The notes beneath the pieces are model-generated. The model had not been told where the DNA came from. It worked only from the letters and a program-made list of their open reading frames with translations, and searched no databases. Made by a program: the position numbers and the translations under genes. A stretch of 32,000 bases of DNA from an archaeon (GTDB lineage: Archaea > Asgardarchaeota > Thorarchaeia > Thorarchaeales > Thorarchaeaceae): positions 16,215 to 48,214 of the forward strand of contig JAJRZD010000081.1 of NCBI GenBank assembly GCA_024275415.1. Reading direction: 5' to 3'. Shown here one piece after another: positions 27,479-32,000 of the stretch (positions are counted from its first letter, which is position 1; every line of letters starts with the position of its first letter).

Positions 27479-27632
27479 TCAGTACTGAGCGATAACAAAC
27501 ATCATGGTATACCCATGATGATACTTCAAAAAATCAACCCGCTTGTCGATGACGGTGTCACTAGCAAACAGGTTCGCAGATTGTTTACCTTTCAAACAAA
27601 TGTTTTTTACTATCAATGGACTCGGTGGAGCT

Positions 27633-28724
27633 ATGGCACTCAGCATTACCTTTAGTGCATTGGTACTTCTGGTTTCTACCATCCCTGTGTTGGTAGCAAT
27701 CATCATCAGCACAAAGGGTTACATCCAACGCCGTTATTCCGAGTATTTCTACATGTCGATAACATGGATTTTCTTGTGGTGCGGAAATCTTCTGATTGGA
27801 TTGTCCTATCTCACACTCGACCTGTTCATCTATCGTATCGGGATTGTGGTGACAGGCCCAGTACTTTTTGGAATCATCTTCTTGGTAGACTCGGTTTCAC
27901 GAAACAACATAGACCCTCGAAAAATCCTCATCGCGACTGCAAGTTCCATAGCGCTTGCGATATATTCGACAGAGCCTGATTCGGTTATATTCAACACTTC
28001 TGCACTCGGAGAATTGGGACCATCATTGGGAGGTAATTTTGAGATTGCTGGATCAATCACTTTTCTCACCGCGGGACTATTCTGGCTATACTACATGACA
28101 TTAATTCACATCCGAGCCCCTGTCCACCTGAAAAGATATTCGCTCATCAGTATGTTAGGTGCGATTGTAGCAGGACCGGGTAGTGTGATTGCTTTTGTGA
28201 CAGGTATTGTATGGTTCCTCCCCGGGGTAGATTACCTTCTTATCGCGATTGGGGCACTTTTGACATCTTATGCATTCAGTAGACAGCCAAAACTTGCATA
28301 TGTATTACCATTCAAAGTTTTCCGAGTGATAGCGTTTGATGTGGAATCCGGCATTCCTGTCTTCACGTACACATGGGATTCGCGTGGTCTTGGGGACAGC
28401 ACACTCTTCACTGGTGCGCTCTCAGGTGTCATCAGTCTGCTGAAGGAATCATTGGGAAGGGGGGTCATAGAACACATCGCATTCCAAAAGGGAATGCTCC
28501 TCATTGACTACATTCCCGATAAGGATATAGGATTCGCCTTAATAGCATCCAAATCAAATGAAACCCTCAAGCTGGCACTAAGACTTTTCTCCGAGGCATT
28601 CATCAATGAGTTCGAGAAGGTATTAGAAGGTGACAGGTCACAGGTGGATCAATATTCAGAGGCATGGCGTCTGATAGATAAAGCATTCCCATTTGTTGTG
28701 AGTGTGGAATCGGCTTCACGATGA
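27633..28724 (+). CDS. 7-TM membrane protein with C-terminal longin/roadblock-like domain
   Basis: Seven hydrophobic helices, then VIAFDVESGIPVFTY...LFTGALSGVISLLKE...IEHI...FALIASK...LRLFSEAFINEF. Start ATG 27633 after GGTGGAG. Confidence 0.7.
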   Translation: MALSITFSALVLLVSTIPVLVAIIISTKGYIQRRYSEYFYMSITWIFLWCGNLLIGLSYLTLDLFIYRIGIVVTGPVLFGIIFLVDSVSRNNIDPRKILIATASSIALAIYSTEPDSVIFNTSALGELGPSLGGNFEIAGSITFLTAGLFWLYYMTLIHIRAPVHLKRYSLISMLGAIVAGPGSVIAFVTGIVWFLPGVDYLLIAIGALLTSYAFSRQPKLAYVLPFKVFRVIAFDVESGIPVFTYTWDSRGLGDSTLFTGALSGVISLLKESLGRGVIEHIAFQKGMLLIDYIPDKDIGFALIASKSNETLKLALRLFSEAFINEFEKVLEGDRSQVDQYSEAWRLIDKAFPFVVSVESASR

Positions 28725-28789
28725 ATCTCATCATGACCAAGTTCCCGTGTATTTGACCACTCCCATACTCGTAATCCATTTCACACCCA

Positions 28790-30360
28790 CGAGGCTCGGA
28801 GAATAAACTGTGATATCATTAAAATTATGATGGCAGGAAACAGGTCTAGTGGTTATACAGATCATTCTATCATCAAGCTGAGAGGATATGCCTTGATGCC
28901 ATTAAGTAATGATGTTTGTTCCTTGAGCAGCAATAGAATGGATTTAGTTTGGACATCATAAACGCCCTCTTATGGTTGGAAAAAAGTCCCCTTAGAAAGA
29001 CCTTTAGCACTTGTGCTATTATGTCAAGAAAGGATTAATGAGGTCTTCTATTGTCAATTTCCTTAGATGGTGGCGATATTCGGCAAATCGACATCAATTA
29101 TACCGAGAGAAACGAGAACGCTGAAGGTTATGGCGTCGTATTTCTTAGGAACGACGCCTCAGATATTAAGGCATTCCATTTCACCTTTGTCATCGATATC
29201 AACGAGTTCTGTCAGCGTGCCGCAATGCTTGAGATTGCCGCATCTGAGCAGGATTTCGTACTCAACATCCACAAGAAATCGCAGCGAACCATGGGATTGG
29301 AGATCCGCCTAGTAAGTACTTTGATAGGTACGGAGTACAGGAATCTTGCCTGCCCGTCATGTAAGCTGATAAACATCTTTATGGTCGGCATAGGATAGGT
29401 ATACTCAGTTATGCTGTCGGTTATTTCTCTTGGTTGATACAATGATAAAGAACATTGCATATGAGTCAGATAGATTGAGTTTCTTCTGCTCACTCAAAGC
29501 ATTACTTTGCTCAAATCATCAGAGCTAGTGTATTTTAATGCTTCATTCTTGTGGAGTTCATCAAGTCCAATCAGTAAACGGAACAGCGATCCACCATTAG
29601 CTTCGACTTTCCGTATTAGATTCAAAAGACTTGAGCGCCCATCAAGTTCAGCACTAATTGATGCGATTTCCTTTGCTCCAGTGTCATCGGCAAGAACATG
29701 TTCACACATGACTTCAAACACGTTTCGCTTCAATATGATCATAGGGGCCAAGGTATTACATCGAGCGACATTCGTAATCAAAGAAAGCTCAGGTATGGAA
29801 TTGTGTACCAGCGAGTCTTCTATAAGTTTTAGAACAAGTACCAGCGTTATTGGTGAAAGTGGAGGGAGGTCATCGAGAGCAGCCAACGCCTTGGAGAAGA
29901 GATCATGGATAAGTTCCTTCTCTTTGTGATCGCTGACAATAAGACGAGCCTTTAACCTACCAGAAGGAGAGGTAATCGTGCCGATTGTAGGTCCTGCTTC
30001 AGAGAGTGAAACTATTGCAACACCTTTGGAATCTGCGAATTCGATACCTTTGATTTTACTCAATTCGCTCAGCAGGTCGGGTAGGGTTGCCAGTCGATTC
30101 AGAGATTCTCGTTCTTTGAGTGCAATGTCAAGGACATCCAGCGTGGCTTCTTCGGATACTACCATTTTATGTCCCTCGATGCCGCGAATACGAAAGTGTG
30201 CATCGATATAGAGGATCATAGAATGGTTGGGTTTGCCGTACTATACTAACACAGAAACAGGGTAAGAGGACGCCTTTTCAACCATCTCTACTTGGACATC
30301 AACATCAATCGCGTCCTTACATATCGGACATGTGGCAGACATCTTCTTCATTTCAGACAT
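28790..30360 (-). pseudogene. Interrupted gene: N-terminal CPxC zinc-binding-like domain + helical (winged-helix-like) segments
   Basis: One frame from ATG 30360 (MSEMKKMSATCPICKD...YPVSVLV*YGKPNHSMILYIDAHFRIRGIE) has TAG at 30243-30241 and TGA at 29496-29494 and stays open to 29212. Further protein-like fragments with stops and frameshifts continue to about 28790; the 3' boundary is uncertain. Confidence 0.55.
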
Positions 30361-30525
30361 GAAACATTACACTTCCAAGATAATTAGACCATCATGGAAA
30401 TAGCAAGAATGGACCATTCACATCATCCTTTGGACTAACCCGCATATAGTGATTTTGGTGATAGGCTCAGAGGAAAACAAGGGCCCAAGGAAGATGGAAT
30501 ATAATGCTGAAAGGGAAAAAAGAAT

Positions 30526-31047
30526 TCAAGTGTCATGCGAGTTGATATCTTTGAGGATTGTAGATATACGTTCCTTTAACTCATCGATGTTGTGTCCGGT
30601 CTTCGAACTAACGGATATGTAGTCGATTCCACCGAGAATATCGCGGTATCGACGGATCTCTTCTTCGTCGATTCGGTCAGATAAATCAGATTTGGTTCCC
30701 ACAAGCAGTTTTCTCTCAAGAGGGAGATGCATAGTGATACTAGCCCATTCGGCGAGAGCAATTAATGTTCGATATTTAGTGCAGTCAAAGACCAGTAGTG
30801 CAATTTTGGCTCCAACAATAAGGGGTGTCTGAAAAAACCGGAATTGCTCCTGGCCTCCAAAGTCAAAAAGTGATGCTTTAATCATATGCGAGTTGTCAGT
30901 AGAAATCAGCCATGATTCAACATCAAATCCGACAGTCATTTCCACGTCAATGTAATCGCCAGATATTACTCTCCGGATTAATGTGCTTTTTCCTACTCCC
31001 CCAGCACCAAGAACCACAAGCTTGACCGTTTTGATGTTGTCAGGCAT
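30526..31047 (-). CDS. Ras-superfamily small GTPase (Rab/Roc-like)
   Basis: G1 GAGGVGKS, G2 MTVG, G3 DFGGQ, G4 TKSD, G5 SSK; 173 aa; no C-terminal prenylation Cys. Confidence 0.92.
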   Translation of the reverse strand: MPDNIKTVKLVVLGAGGVGKSTLIRRVISGDYIDVEMTVGFDVESWLISTDNSHMIKASLFDFGGQEQFRFFQTPLIVGAKIALLVFDCTKYRTLIALAEWASITMHLPLERKLLVGTKSDLSDRIDEEEIRRYRDILGGIDYISVSSKTGHNIDELKERISTILKDINSHDT

Positions 31048-31344
31048 TCTGACTACTCCATTATGATGTTTATATCATCGCCCATTTCAGACATGCAATC
31101 GCTACTGGAGCGACACCTACATGCTCAGAACAACTCAACGGCTTTCAACGAGCATACAGGTACAAAAACACAACAATTCGCGATAGATAAACTTATTCCA
31201 TTATTTTGAGGTTGTTTAGAAATAAAACTAAGATATCATTTGTGTCAAGAACAGTCACCTAGACTACAACATACTGTCAATAACAAACGTATTATAGGAC
31301 TGCATGACATAGTACAATTTAGCATTTGAGCGTGGGGATTCATC

Positions 31345-31755
31345 ATGGATCGTGATAAGCTTGCAGAGATTTTCGAGAGCCAGATTGAAATCGAAGAGAA
31401 AGCCATCAAGGCGTACGAGGAAGCAATGCAGATGATTGGGAATTTTGCATTCAGACTCGTATTTGAAGAGCTGCTGATGGATTCTCGAAAACACAAAAGG
31501 ATTTTTGAGGTGCTCAAGCAACACATTACTCTTCAGCCTTCTGAATGGGATCTAAAACTAAGTAAGAAGATTGGGGAGTATGTATCTCCTACCGAGATTG
31601 AAGCGCACATCAAACTTGAGGAAGATATGATCAGGATAATAAAGGCAACAGCCAAAGATGTCGAAGACGAAACTGTTCGACGTTTGCTTGAACATGTTCT
31701 GGAAGATGAAAACCGTCATCACTCGGTTCTAAAGAAACTTATAGAGCAGATTTGA
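31345..31755 (+). CDS. Ferritin-like (rubrerythrin-type di-iron) protein
   Basis: Duplicated helix pairs EIEEKAIKAY...DSRKH and LEEDMI...EDENRH. Confidence 0.85.
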   Translation: MDRDKLAEIFESQIEIEEKAIKAYEEAMQMIGNFAFRLVFEELLMDSRKHKRIFEVLKQHITLQPSEWDLKLSKKIGEYVSPTEIEAHIKLEEDMIRIIKATAKDVEDETVRRLLEHVLEDENRHHSVLKKLIEQI

Positions 31756-32000
31756 TTTAACCACCTCTTCTCAGTGAAAAAGTGCATGATTAGTCTTGGG
31801 TTGTCAATATCTGTACAAAATCTAGACGATCCCGGACATCTTGTTGTGGTGCTTGTATAGTTTCGACGAAACATACTCAGTGAGGGCATCCATGACACAC
31901 GTAGGATCTCAGAGTCCACCCAGTGCCGTACTCTGGAAGTACAACACTCTGGTGTCAAAGCTTGTACAACTTACAATAAACGGTAGGCAATAGTGTTTCA

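Noticed and set aside
29051-29398. 115-aa plus-strand ORF
   Set aside because: TTG start, no motif, and antisense to the pseudogene fragments on the minus strand.
31719-32000. Possible gene at the right edge
   Set aside because: All minus-strand frames examined have stops or non-protein-like content; cannot be supported.

Overview
Gene-dense archaeal window. Small GTPase, longin-like domain, geranylgeranyl reductase and GGAGG/GAGGTG ribosome-binding sites suggest an Asgard (probably Thorarchaeia-like) genome; this taxonomy is inferred. The first ~24 kb is a respiratory island. (i) A minus-strand complex I-like operon runs nuoA-J-K-C-D-H-I-M-L off the left edge, with no stand-alone nuoB and no nuoEFG in view. 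(ii) The missing NuoB, with all four Fe-S cysteines, is fused in frame to the C-terminus of a VAO/PCMH-type (GlcD-like) FAD oxidoreductase, divergent from an HdrD/GlcF-like CCG Fe-S protein. (iii) Two PNPOx-like split-barrel proteins follow, one membrane-anchored. (iv) menA, a long-chain-type polyprenyl diphosphate synthase and a geranylgeranyl reductase are present. (v) A second operon has two more FAD oxidoreductase paralogues, a His-bearing 4-TM protein and a second CCG protein. The best candidate for an undescribed system is a complex I-like ion pump wired directly to a flavin dehydrogenase through the FAD-oxidase::NuoB fusion. The right end holds mutS, a 7-TM+longin-like protein, two degraded genes missed by the ORF track, a small GTPase and a ferritin-like protein. 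No rRNA, tRNA, CRISPR or transposase was recognised. All calls come from reading motifs by eye; no searches were run.
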